Assembly: GCA_965224085.1 (NCBI GenBank)
Contig: CBDCYI010000005.1
Coordinates: forward strand, 1,408,001-1,472,000
Direction: 5' to 3'
Origin: Candidatus Marinacidobacterales bacterium
GTDB taxonomy: Bacteria; Acidobacteriota; Vicinamibacteria; Marinacidobacterales; SMYC01
DNA: 64,000 nucleotides
Positions 40,244-49,656 of this stretch are shown piece by piece. Position 1 is the first letter of the stretch. Each line of letters begins with the position of its first letter. The notes under the pieces were generated by a model. It had not been told where the DNA came from and made no database searches. It saw nothing but the letters and a program-made list of their open reading frames with translations. The position numbers were made by a program, and so were the translations under genes.

Positions 40244-40356
40244 AGTGTATCAGGATTCAGCATTGAGAACTTTCAAGATTGCCACTCTGAGCTGGGCTGC
40301 AACCGTCCAGAGAGCGTCCTGAATGCTGGATGCTGAATGCCGATCGCTGATACACT
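40244..40356. repeat. 113-bp palindromic element with heptamer repeats, between divergent genes
   Basis: Perfect terminal IR AGTGTATCAG/CTGATACACT; internal (GCTGAAT)n-type arms; related copies at about 38831-38868 and 47147-47166. Confidence 0.7.
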
Positions 40357-40368
40357 TCCCAGCACACG

Positions 40369-42741
40369 ATGTCGCAGATTCTGGCGCCGGCGGACCGAGG
40401 CCACGCTCTTCAGAACGTCATTGAAGAGCTGAAAGGAGGGACGCGACAGCTGCCGACGGTTACGGCCCTGAGGCACTTTCCCGCGCTCCCAGCCCATTTT
40501 GCTGACTTTCCGGACGGGCTCCGACCGGAGATCGTCAAAGCACTCCGTCGGCGCGGCATCGAACGGCTCTATTCCCATCAGAGGGAAGCTTTCGAGAAAG
40601 CCTCCGACGGCGACAGCGTCGTTATCGTCACACCGACGGCATCGGGAAAGACCCTCTGCTACAACCTTCCCGTTTTGAATCGCGTCCTCGAAGAGCCCGA
40701 GACGCGTGCTCTCTACCTTTTCCCAACTAAGGCGCTCTCGCAGGATCAGCTTGCGGAAGTGCATGGGCTCATCCAAGACATCGGGGCCGACATCCGCACG
40801 TTCACCTATGACGGCGATACGCCCCAGGATGCGCGCAAGGCGATACGCTCACGCGGGCACCTGGTCGTGACCAACCCCGATATGCTGCATAGCGGCATCC
40901 TGCCTCACCACCCAAAATGGGTGAAGCTTTTCGAGAACCTGCGCTACATCGTCATCGACGAGATCCACGCTTATCGCGGTGTCTTCGGCTCGCACCTCGC
41001 GAATATTCTCAGGCGCCTCCGGCGCATCTGCCGCTTCTATGGAGCGGACCCGCAATTCATTTGCTCCTCGGCGACGATCGCGAACCCTAAGGAGCTCACC
41101 GAAGCGCTCATCGCGAGCCCGGTGCAGCTCATCGACCGGAGTGGGGCGCCGAGAGGCGAGAAATATTTTGTCTTCTACAACCCGCCGGTCGTGAATCAAG
41201 AACTCGGCATTCGCCGCTCCTATGTCAACGAGACGAGGCGCATCGCGGGGTCGTTTCTCAAGCGCGGGCTCCAGACGATCGTGTTCACGACGAGCCGGCT
41301 CAACACGGAGATTCTCGTCACCTATCTAAAAAACGAGATCGAACAAGACGTGACGCATCGCGATCTCATCCGCGGCTATCGCGGCGGCTACCTTCCGAAA
41401 AAGCGCCGCGAGATCGAAGCTGGGCTTCGCGAAGGCACCGTGCTGGGCGTCGTCTCGACCAACGCACTCGAGCTCGGGATCGATATCGGCGCGCTCGACG
41501 TCGCTGTGATCTCAGGCTATCCCGGAACCATCGCCTCGACATGGCAACAAGCAGGACGGGCGGGACGGCGCACCGGCACCTCCGTCGCCATCTTTGTCGC
41601 TAGTAGCAACCCGCTCAATCAATTCGTGGTCAATCATCCGGATTACTTCTTTTCGGGCTCGCCCGAACATGGCCTCATCAATCCAGAAAACCTTTCCGTG
41701 CTCGTCGATCATATCAAGTGCGCCGCCTTCGAGCTTCCGTTTCAGGACGGCGAGAGTTTCGGCGCCGAAAACCTCCCCGAGATCCTCTCTTTTCTGGAAG
41801 AGCACAACGTGGTTCACCGTTCGAGAGAACGATGGCACTGGACGAGCGATTCGTACCCGGCCAACAATGTCAGCTTGCGCTCGATAAGCTCCGATAATTT
41901 CACCGTCTATGACGAGACGCGCGAGCCAAAGATCATTGCCGAAGTGGATTTCGTCAGCGCGCATTCGACGCTCCATCCGAAAGCCATCTATATCCTCGAA
42001 GGCCAGAAGTTTTATGTCGAGAGCTTCGACTATGACGAGCGGCGAGCAACCGTCCGACCATGGGAGACGGACTACTTTACCGACGCTATCACGCATACCA
42101 AAGTCAATATCCTCGAAAAGTTCGAAAACTCGAGTGTTTTCGAAGGTGAGAGAAATCACGGCGAGGTTCACGTGGTCTCGCAAGTCGTGGGCTTCAAGAA
42201 GGTCAAGTTCTATACCCTCGAGAATGTCGGCTCGGGCGAGCTCGACATGCCAGAGCTCGAGATGCACACGACATCGTACTGGCTGACCGTGCCGAGAAAG
42301 GTAATGGCCTCGCTCGCGGCGAGCTCGGAAGAGCGGCGGGACGGCGTCATCGGGCTAGCCAATACGCTCAAGACGGTGGCGATGCTCTTCCTCATGAGCG
42401 ATCGGTCAGACATCGGGGTGGCTCTCGGCGACAACTCGCAAGGGACCGCTAAAGTGGAGCGCGGCTTCAAGCGGCTCGGACCCGGCCGGCTCCCCGCTTC
42501 CGAGCCGATGGACCCCTCCTACGAGCCAAACATCTTTCTCTACGACAACTATCCGGGTGGGATCGGCTTTTCGCAGCCGCTCTACGAGCTCCACACACGC
42601 CTCGTTTCTGAGGCCAAGACGCTCATAGAACGCTGTCCGTGTCATGAAGGCTGCCCGTCCTGCGTCGGTCCCGTCGGCGAGGTCGGATTTCGGGGAAAGG
42701 AATTAGCACTCGCGATTCTGGAGCGGCTGGCCGCTTCATGA
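40369..42741 (+). CDS. DEAD/DEAH helicase with DUF1998 (MrfA/YprA/Hrq1-like)
   Basis: TPTASGKT, DEIH, SSAT, TNALELGIDIG, QQAGRAGR, C-terminal CPCHEGCPSC. Confidence 0.94.
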   Translation: MSQILAPADRGHALQNVIEELKGGTRQLPTVTALRHFPALPAHFADFPDGLRPEIVKALRRRGIERLYSHQREAFEKASDGDSVVIVTPTASGKTLCYNLPVLNRVLEEPETRALYLFPTKALSQDQLAEVHGLIQDIGADIRTFTYDGDTPQDARKAIRSRGHLVVTNPDMLHSGILPHHPKWVKLFENLRYIVIDEIHAYRGVFGSHLANILRRLRRICRFYGADPQFICSSATIANPKELTEALIASPVQLIDRSGAPRGEKYFVFYNPPVVNQELGIRRSYVNETRRIAGSFLKRGLQTIVFTTSRLNTEILVTYLKNEIEQDVTHRDLIRGYRGGYLPKKRREIEAGLREGTVLGVVSTNALELGIDIGALDVAVISGYPGTIASTWQQAGRAGRRTGTSVAIFVASSNPLNQFVVNHPDYFFSGSPEHGLINPENLSVLVDHIKCAAFELPFQDGESFGAENLPEILSFLEEHNVVHRSRERWHWTSDSYPANNVSLRSISSDNFTVYDETREPKIIAEVDFVSAHSTLHPKAIYILEGQKFYVESFDYDERRATVRPWETDYFTDAITHTKVNILEKFENSSVFEGERNHGEVHVVSQVVGFKKVKFYTLENVGSGELDMPELEMHTTSYWLTVPRKVMASLAASSEERRDGVIGLANTLKTVAMLFLMSDRSDIGVALGDNSQGTAKVERGFKRLGPGRLPASEPMDPSYEPNIFLYDNYPGGIGFSQPLYELHTRLVSEAKTLIERCPCHEGCPSCVGPVGEVGFRGKELALAILERLAAS

Positions 42742-44120
42742 ACACGCGCACGACGCGGGAAAAGCTCGACAAACTCTTCCCTTCGCAGAAGAAACGCACG
42801 AAGGACTCGCTCTGCCGCCTAGAGAAAGAGGTTCTCGGCGGCGACGCAAGCTCCCAGGCCGAGCTCTTCGTCAAAGAGCGGCTCGAGCGCCTCGTAGCCG
42901 CGACGAAAGCCCAGCCCCGCACGCGCGCCTCGCGTATAGAGACCCGGCAGCCGGCGCTCGAGATCGCCGAGGTGCTCGACGGCGAGGAAGTCTCGAACGA
43001 CTTCGGCAGCTTCTACTGTGTCGACCGTATCTACACGCTTGCACATTTTCAGGGTCGGATCCAGCTCGGGCGGCTCACGAGCGTGCCTAGAGAAGCCTTC
43101 TCGATGCTGTCGCGTGGCGACGACGCCTTCGAGATTGACTTGGGTAAGGCACTGTTTCTCGACACCGAGACGACGGGACTCGCGGGCGGCGCCGGCACGT
43201 GCGCCTTTCTCGTCGGCTTGGGGTGGGTCGAGAACGAGAGCTTCGTGCTGCGGCAGCTCTTCATGCGCGACTATGGCGAAGAAGCCGCCATGCTCCATGC
43301 TCTCGGTGAGATCCTCGCGCGCTTCGAGCTGCTCGTAAGCTATAACGGCAAGTCGTTCGACATCCCCTTGCTCGAGACCCGCTTCGTTCTCACGCGACAG
43401 CGCCTGTCCTTCGAGCGTCTATTACATTTCGATTTGCTGCACCCGGCGCGCAGTCTGTGGAAGGCCCGCATCGAGAGCTGTCGCTTGATGGAGCTCGAGC
43501 ATCGTCTACTCGGGCTCGAACGCGAAGAGGACATCCCGGGCCACATGATTCCCGACTTGTTTTTTCGCTTCCTACGAACGGGCAAAGCAGAACACCTTGA
43601 CCACGTCTTCCATCACAATCGGCACGACATCCTCTCGCTCGCTGCTCTCACTATATGCGCCTCGGACTTGCTCGACGAAAGCTACGTTCCAGAGGATCCT
43701 CTCGACGATCTCAGCCTCGGTCGCCTGTTCGAACGCTCGTCTCTGCCGGAACGCTCCATGATGCATTACAGCCGCGCCGTCGAGGCCGGCCTGTCGGGCG
43801 CCGCGCGCCGCCGCGCCCTTCTCGCACTCGCGGACCAGCACAAACGCCGCGGCGATGTCGGTGATATAGAGGACGCGCGCAAGCTATGGGACGAGCTCGC
43901 CGAGGGCGAATCCGTCGAGGTGGTCCACGCACTTCACGAGCTCGCGATGTTGAGCGAGCACCGCGAGCGTGACTTCACGGAAGCGCTCGGCTTGTGTGAG
44001 CGTGCGCTTTCCTACCTAGACGAGAATTACGAGCTGACGCTCTCGTTTCGCTTCAAGTGGCGTGACGCCTTCGCCCATCGCCGCTCGCGTTTGAAAAAGC
44101 GGCTATCCAAGCGCCGATAA
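42738..44120 (+). CDS. RNase H-like DEDD exonuclease with TPR tail (MrfB/YprB-like)
   Basis: FLDTETTGL, YNGKSFD.P, H.DLLH, HNRHD; ATGA overlap with the helicase. Confidence 0.9.
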   Translation: MNTRTTREKLDKLFPSQKKRTKDSLCRLEKEVLGGDASSQAELFVKERLERLVAATKAQPRTRASRIETRQPALEIAEVLDGEEVSNDFGSFYCVDRIYTLAHFQGRIQLGRLTSVPREAFSMLSRGDDAFEIDLGKALFLDTETTGLAGGAGTCAFLVGLGWVENESFVLRQLFMRDYGEEAAMLHALGEILARFELLVSYNGKSFDIPLLETRFVLTRQRLSFERLLHFDLLHPARSLWKARIESCRLMELEHRLLGLEREEDIPGHMIPDLFFRFLRTGKAEHLDHVFHHNRHDILSLAALTICASDLLDESYVPEDPLDDLSLGRLFERSSLPERSMMHYSRAVEAGLSGAARRRALLALADQHKRRGDVGDIEDARKLWDELAEGESVEVVHALHELAMLSEHRERDFTEALGLCERALSYLDENYELTLSFRFKWRDAFAHRRSRLKKRLSKRR

Positions 44121-44130
44121 GCGGACTCGT

Positions 44131-44574
44131 TCACCGCCTTGAGATCGATCGCAGTCGCTTTTCGATCTCGGCGCCTTCACTGTTGCTGTTGCAGATGATC
44201 AAGATGGTGTCGTCCCCGGCGATGGTTCCCATCACTTGTGGCCACGCGACTTCGTCGAGGCCATGCGCGACGCCTTGCGCGTTTCCCGGAGGGGTCTTGA
44301 CGACGATCAAATTATTCGCCCGCTCGATGGTACGCACGAAAGCAACCAGGGGTGAGAGAGGGCCTTCTCCCGAGGGGCCAGTGGTGTAACAATAGCCGCC
44401 CCGCCCGTCCGGCCCTTTCGCGATACCGAGCGCTTTCAGCTCACGCGAGAGCGTCGACTGCGTCATGGAAATACCGGATTCGGCCATCGCTTCGATGAGC
44501 TCGCTTTGATTGTGGAGGGCTCTTTCGCTAATGAGCGAAAGGATGAGCTCTCGCCGCGCGGTGCGATCCGACAT
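44131..44574 (-). CDS. argR: Arginine repressor
   Basis: Q.EL...TQSTLSREL, KT.PGNA, GTIAGDDT. Confidence 0.93.
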   Translation of the reverse strand: MSDRTARRELILSLISERALHNQSELIEAMAESGISMTQSTLSRELKALGIAKGPDGRGGYCYTTGPSGEGPLSPLVAFVRTIERANNLIVVKTPPGNAQGVAHGLDEVAWPQVMGTIAGDDTILIICNSNSEGAEIEKRLRSISRR

Positions 44575-44819
44575 CAGCCGCCGCTGACAGGAGGAAGAAA
44601 AGCAACTTCGTCGTCCGGCTGGAGCTCCGTTTCTTTGCTGACGAAATCGTGGTTCACCGCGAATTGAACCGCGGCGCCGAAAGGCTCGAGCCGAGCCTCG
44701 TCGCTCACGAGCCGCTCCCATAGCCCTGTTACCGTCGTACCCGATGGCAGCTCGACTTCCAGTTCTTCCTTGTCCATGACCTCGCGCAAAGCAGCAAAGA
44801 CGCGCACCCGTACCTTCAA
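44574..44819 (-). CDS. moaD: Molybdopterin synthase sulfur carrier
   Basis: FAALRE, AVN, DEVAFLPPVSGG C-terminus. Confidence 0.93.
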   Translation of the reverse strand: MKVRVRVFAALREVMDKEELEVELPSGTTVTGLWERLVSDEARLEPFGAAVQFAVNHDFVSKETELQPDDEVAFLPPVSGG

Positions 44820-45244
44820 GGAATGTCCACCGTTTCCACCGGGCCCTCGACCCAGACTTCGCCGTCCTCGAAGACCTCTTTTTTCCAAATAGGAACGATC
44901 CGTTTGAGCCGATTGATCGCGTATTGGCATGCGGCGAAGCTATCGTCGCGATGGGGCGATGAGACCACGATGACCACGCTCGTCTCACCGACATTCAGCC
45001 GTCCAACGCGATGCTGAATGTGCAGACTCTCGAGCCCCCAGTTCGCCTTGACCTCTTCCCCGATGCGCTCCATCATTTTGACAGCCATCTCGGGATAGGC
45101 CTCATATTCGAGGAAGAGTACTTTCTTTCCTTTATTGGTCCCTCGCACGATCCCCGAGAATGTAGCGATAGCTCCGTCGCGAACACTCGCGACGCTTTGT
45201 GCGAGCTTTCGCAAATCCAGAATATCGTGCACGATTTCGAACAT
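44816..45244 (-). CDS. moaE: Molybdopterin synthase catalytic subunit
   Basis: GAIATF.G.VR, LEYEAY, HRVG.L.VGE, PHR, VPIWKKE. Confidence 0.95.
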   Translation of the reverse strand: MFEIVHDILDLRKLAQSVASVRDGAIATFSGIVRGTNKGKKVLFLEYEAYPEMAVKMMERIGEEVKANWGLESLHIQHRVGRLNVGETSVVIVVSSPHRDDSFAACQYAINRLKRIVPIWKKEVFEDGEVWVEGPVETVDIP

Positions 45245-45377
45245 AGCCGATGAAATAGTAGCCTGTCCCGAAGGGCCGAACAAGTTTCTAGACGCTTTCG
45301 TCCAACCGCTTTAACGATCTAAAAAGCATATTAGTTTTCGAAAAGGGCCAGGAATTCACGGTCAGCGGGTTCGGCCA

Positions 45378-46202
45378 CTAGCCTCCCTCCGGCCACACTT
45401 TCTGGCCGATGAAGTGGTCGACAGGACCGTGTCCTCGCCCGAGCGGGAGCCCTCGCTCGAGGGCCTTTGTCAGATAGGCCTTCGAGATCGCGACCGCTTT
45501 TTCGAGTGCTACCCCGAGCGCGAGTTGGGCGGTGATGGCCGCGGAAAAGGTGCAGCCCGTGCCATGGGTGTTTCGGACGGAGAGACGGGGTGCAGTGAAG
45601 CTCATGAACCGGCGTCCGTCATACAACCAGTCCACGGACGTATCTCCCGTCGCGTGTCCGCCCTTGACGACGACCGCCCGCGCTCCCATTTCCACGATAC
45701 GGCGAGCCGCAGCGTGGATCGAGGTCTCGTCCTCCACGGGGAAACCCACGAGCGCCTCGGCCTCGGGGAGGTTGGGCGTCACCAGAAGGGCCCGCGGGAC
45801 GAGCTCGTTGCGGAAGGATTTTACCGCTTCCGGCTGAAGCAGACTGTCACCGCTTTTCGACACCATGACCGGATCCACGACGACTTTGTCGACCCGGTGC
45901 TCTGCCAGTTTCCGGGCTACCACCTCGATGACGGGCGACGTGGCCAACATTCCCGTCTTCACCGCGGCGACGTCGATATCTTCGAAAACCGTATCGATTT
46001 GAAGACCGATCGCCTCGGGAGTCATCTGAGAGACGGCGGCGACCGTCTGCGTATTCTGGGCGGTGACCGCCGTGATGGCGCTTGTCCCATAGACGCCGTG
46101 GGCGGCGAAAGTCTTGAGGTCCGCTTGAATTCCAGCACCGCCTCCCGAATCGGAGCCGGCAATCGTCATGGTCACTGTGGGGCGGCTTTGCGCGTTTGCC
46201 AT
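45378..46202 (-). CDS. thiD: Hydroxymethylpyrimidine/phosphomethylpyrimidine kinase
   Basis: TIAGSDSGGGAGIQADLK, VDPVM, TPNLPEA, HGTGCT. Confidence 0.96.
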   Translation of the reverse strand: MANAQSRPTVTMTIAGSDSGGGAGIQADLKTFAAHGVYGTSAITAVTAQNTQTVAAVSQMTPEAIGLQIDTVFEDIDVAAVKTGMLATSPVIEVVARKLAEHRVDKVVVDPVMVSKSGDSLLQPEAVKSFRNELVPRALLVTPNLPEAEALVGFPVEDETSIHAAARRIVEMGARAVVVKGGHATGDTSVDWLYDGRRFMSFTAPRLSVRNTHGTGCTFSAAITAQLALGVALEKAVAISKAYLTKALERGLPLGRGHGPVDHFIGQKVWPEGG

Positions 46203-46314
46203 TAAGAACTTATAGCATGCCGGCCTTGACGACGGCGATACATTCTCGTATTCTGTTGCCGGAAAGGGACTTGCCCATGGCGGCTCGTCGCAACACCTTC
46301 TAGGACCGTGGCCC

Positions 46315-47151
46315 ATGTCGAAGTCGAGCCTTCGCTCCCTCCCGGGTGATCGACCGGAATCGCGCTGGGACTTTCGCGCAGCGTTCGACCGAGCGCCGGT
46401 GGCGACGTTTCTGTTCGACGACGCGAGCCGCGCGTGCCTCGAGGCAAACAAAGCCGCCGAGATTCTCACGGCGTTCAGCCGCGGGGAGCTTCTCGATCGC
46501 CGCATCGAAGACCTCCACCCTCGCGAGCGCCGGGATCGTGCGCTCAAATACTTCCAGAAGGTTCGTCGTGAACCCGGATTCACCTACGACGATTTGAACC
46601 TCGAGACGAAGGACGGACGTGTCGTGCCCGTCGAAGTCCGCGGGATGAGCCTAGGGTTCGACGAGCGTAAGATCATTCTCGTCTACATCCGCGACATCAC
46701 CGAAGAGCGACTCTTGCAGCGCGAGGTCTTGTTTCAAAACCACAAGCTCACGACGCTGAACGCGCTCTCCTCGGCCATCCGAAACTCCATGGAGCTCCCC
46801 CAGATCCTTTCGGGATCGTTGCGCGTGATCATGGAGGCGAGTGGAGCCGTTTACGGAGAAGTTCTAGGTGCTGCGCGAAGTGGGGTTCTTACTCCGTGCC
46901 GCGATCCGCGAGACCGATATCGCTGCCCGCTACGGTGGCGACGAGTTCGTCGTGATCCTGCCAGACACCGATTACCCGGCGGCCAAACGGCTCGGCGAAC
47001 GCATGCGTCAGCTCGTTATTCGAACGACGTACCTCAAAGAGGAAGGCATCCGACGCAGCGACCTTCCCCATGTAGCCTGGCCGACGAGCGAATGTACCGA
47101 GACAAGGAAGAAAATCAACTACGAGCAGGATCATCGCCCGAAGATTCCTGA
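46315..47151 (+). pseudogene. PAS-GAF-GGDEF diguanylate cyclase with internal deletions
   Basis: PAS and GAF start, jump at about 46868 to LREVG..RETD..ARYGGDEF in another frame, then back to LADERMYRDK; GGDEF N-terminal half is missing. Confidence 0.75.
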
Positions 47152-47197
47152 ATGCTGAATCCTGAACGTCGCCGATGCCGCGATGAGCGGCGGTGAA

Positions 47198-48481
47198 CTA
47201 GCGGCGCGCGGTTCTGAACGAGATGATCACGGCTGCGCCGGGCTCGCGGTCGGCGGCGCCGGGTTCCGCGACGATTTTCTGTCCATCGTCGTCTTCGATA
47301 GCGTCGTAGAGGATGAGCTCGATCTCTTTGGACGGTTCGAGGCGTTTGTTCGGCTGCACCGTGAGCGTGCGTGAATCGCGGTCATAGGAGACCTCGAGCT
47401 CGGGGAACGGATTACCGATACCGTCATCGTCGGCGTAGAGAAGGTCCACGTTGCGGTTGAAGGTCCCGGCCTTCATTGGGTTCGAGAACTGAACGTGGAA
47501 CTCGCTGTCGAGAGGGATGTCCCGCTCACCCGCGAGAGGCAGCGTGAAAGTGACTTCCGGCGGCGGACCGAGCTTCTCCTCCTCGGGCCGGACGACTTTG
47601 ACGGGCTCCAAGTCCTTGCCTTCGGGTTTGTCCGCAAGCTCGATCTTCTCGGCTCTCAAGTAGTAAGTACCGCTACCCTCGTGCTGCCAAGCCGTACCGA
47701 TGACGTTGAGCCACTTGCCCGTATCCCGTCGCTTTTTTGGATCGAGCCGAAAGCCGTCGCCGCGCGGCCTACGTCCCGTGACCCAGATGGCGGCGTTCGC
47801 GAGCTTGATGATGAAGTCGCGCGGGGTGCGTTTGTCCTTGATGGACAAGTCCCCGTAGAGGTTGTTTCCGCGGAACTTTCCGTAGACTACGATTTGCGCG
47901 TCGACATATTTGGCCGGATTTTTGACGAGGTCCCTCAAATCGACGCCGTGCACGCCCGACACATCGATGTCGGGATCGACGATATCGGGCTCCGCCTCCA
48001 GTTTGTCCGGGTCCATCTCGTTCTCGAGCGGGACGATGACCTCGGCACTTGTGACCGCGATGAAATACTGCTTGTTGAAACCCATCCCGTCCTGACGCAC
48101 GGCGCCTGGAAAGTAGCGAAGAACGGGATGAGATTGAGGGTCCATGACCGAATTCAGATCGAAGAAAATGCCCGTAATCTCGACTTCCTGCCCCGCCATG
48201 AAACGGAGATCGTCGAAGCTCCGCGGGTTGGTCCCGATGCGGACGGTGTTGAGGGACATCTCTCCCTGGAGCTCGAAGATGTTGAAATTCTGGTCTTGCA
48301 TGTCGCCGAATTTGACCTTACCCTTGGTGATGATGGGTGTGTCGTTGTAGCGCGCGCCCATCGTGGTGAGCTCGTCCACCGAGACCCGGACGGCATCCAT
48401 GCCTTGATACTGCGGCGCCGACGGGCGGACCGCGATAGCGAGAAGAACCAGTGACCCGATGGAAAACCCCACTCCACGCAT
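47198..48481 (-). CDS. Secreted protein with two repeated domains and a C-terminal bacterial Ig-like domain
   Basis: Signal peptide; PPEV.FT.P..GERDIP....VQFS.PM...LTVQP...L Ig-like pattern. Confidence 0.75.
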   Translation of the reverse strand: MRGVGFSIGSLVLLAIAVRPSAPQYQGMDAVRVSVDELTTMGARYNDTPIITKGKVKFGDMQDQNFNIFELQGEMSLNTVRIGTNPRSFDDLRFMAGQEVEITGIFFDLNSVMDPQSHPVLRYFPGAVRQDGMGFNKQYFIAVTSAEVIVPLENEMDPDKLEAEPDIVDPDIDVSGVHGVDLRDLVKNPAKYVDAQIVVYGKFRGNNLYGDLSIKDKRTPRDFIIKLANAAIWVTGRRPRGDGFRLDPKKRRDTGKWLNVIGTAWQHEGSGTYYLRAEKIELADKPEGKDLEPVKVVRPEEEKLGPPPEVTFTLPLAGERDIPLDSEFHVQFSNPMKAGTFNRNVDLLYADDDGIGNPFPELEVSYDRDSRTLTVQPNKRLEPSKEIELILYDAIEDDDGQKIVAEPGAADREPGAAVIISFRTARR

Positions 48482-48521
48482 ACCCTCATCCTACCCAGGC
48501 CTCAAGCCCGGAGCAAGTCTA

Positions 48522-49592
48522 CTAGTGGGCTGTAACAGCTGAACGTTTAGTAGTTTTGATGCGCCGTGACGGATCGTTGTAGGTCCACTTCACGGGCTTA
48601 GGGTCTTTGTTGTACTTGCGAATGTAGCGCATGATCTTGCGGGTTAGGTCTTTGGTGGAGGTGAACACTCCTCGATGGATCAGGTCGCGCTCGATCTTGG
48701 AGAACCAGAGCTCGACTTTGTTCAGCCAGGAGGAGTAGGTGGGTGTGAAGTGCAATTGGAGTTTCGGATTGGCCTGGAGGAACTCGGTGACCTTGGCAGT
48801 TTTGTGGGCCGAGAGATTGTCGAGGATGACGTGAATTTCACGCTTTCGCTTGTGGCTCGCAACCAGCTGCTCCAAGAAGGCGACAAACTCCTGGCTGGTA
48901 TGTCGGCGGACGGTCTTGCCAAAAACTTCCCCCGTCTTCGTGTCAAAGGCGGCGTAGAGAGAAAGCGTTCCATTCCGGACGTACTCGAAACCGTGTCTTT
49001 CGGCCCGCCCGGGAGACAACGGCAAGATCGGGTCCCGTCGATCCAGGGCTTGGATCGCCGTTTTCTCGTCAATACAAAACACCGCAGCGTGCTGAGGCGG
49101 ATTCATATAGAGACCGATGACATCCGCTGCCTTCTTCTCGAAATCCGGGTCGTTGGACGCTTTGTAATATTCAATTCGGTGTGGCTGTAGACCGTGTTTT
49201 TTCCAAGTACGAGCCACCATCATGTGATGGATTCCCAGTTTCTTCGCAAGTCGGCGCGTGCTCCAGTGAGTCGAGCCGTCGGTCGGGCTCTTTTGAGTCC
49301 ACGAAAGAATCCGTGCTTCCATCCGAGGCGTGAGCACCTGAACCGGACGTCCCTCGTGACGCGAGTACAGACCTGCCAGCCGCTCCTCCAAGAATCGGCG
49401 CTTCCACTTGCTGACAAAAGGCGCCGTGCAGCCTACCCACTGCTGCACCTGCGTGTAGCTCGCACCTTCGTCCAACAAGAGCAACACGCGAGCAATCCGC
49501 GCGTCGTCAGCACGACCGCTACGGCTCGAAACTCGTTTGCCAAGTTCCCTACGTTCCGCTCGAGTCAAAACAACGCTGGTCCTCTCTTGCAT
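48522..49592 (-). CDS. IS630 transposase
   Basis: HTH WS.R.LA, DEK..IQAL, ILDNLSAHK, HFTPTYSSWLN.VE; the stop codon TAG comes from the target end. Confidence 0.95.
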   Translation of the reverse strand: MQERTSVVLTRAERRELGKRVSSRSGRADDARIARVLLLLDEGASYTQVQQWVGCTAPFVSKWKRRFLEERLAGLYSRHEGRPVQVLTPRMEARILSWTQKSPTDGSTHWSTRRLAKKLGIHHMMVARTWKKHGLQPHRIEYYKASNDPDFEKKAADVIGLYMNPPQHAAVFCIDEKTAIQALDRRDPILPLSPGRAERHGFEYVRNGTLSLYAAFDTKTGEVFGKTVRRHTSQEFVAFLEQLVASHKRKREIHVILDNLSAHKTAKVTEFLQANPKLQLHFTPTYSSWLNKVELWFSKIERDLIHRGVFTSTKDLTRKIMRYIRKYNKDPKPVKWTYNDPSRRIKTTKRSAVTAH

Positions 49593-49636
49593 GAGAGAAG
49601 TATATCACTAAATGCTTATTTGTTACAGTCCACTAG
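48522..49636 (-). mobile_element. IS630-family insertion sequence
   Basis: Ends CTAGTGGGCTGTAACA and TGTTACAGTCCACTAG (15/16 IR including the CTAG/TA target). Confidence 0.92.
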
Positions 49637-49656
49637 AGACGTGTAGAATGCGAGAG

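Noticed and set aside
40369-44120. DUF1998 helicase as a DISARM/Druantia-type defence system
   Set aside because: No methylase, DrmA or PLD genes nearby; pairing with a YprB-like exonuclease matches the known MrfAB DNA-repair module.
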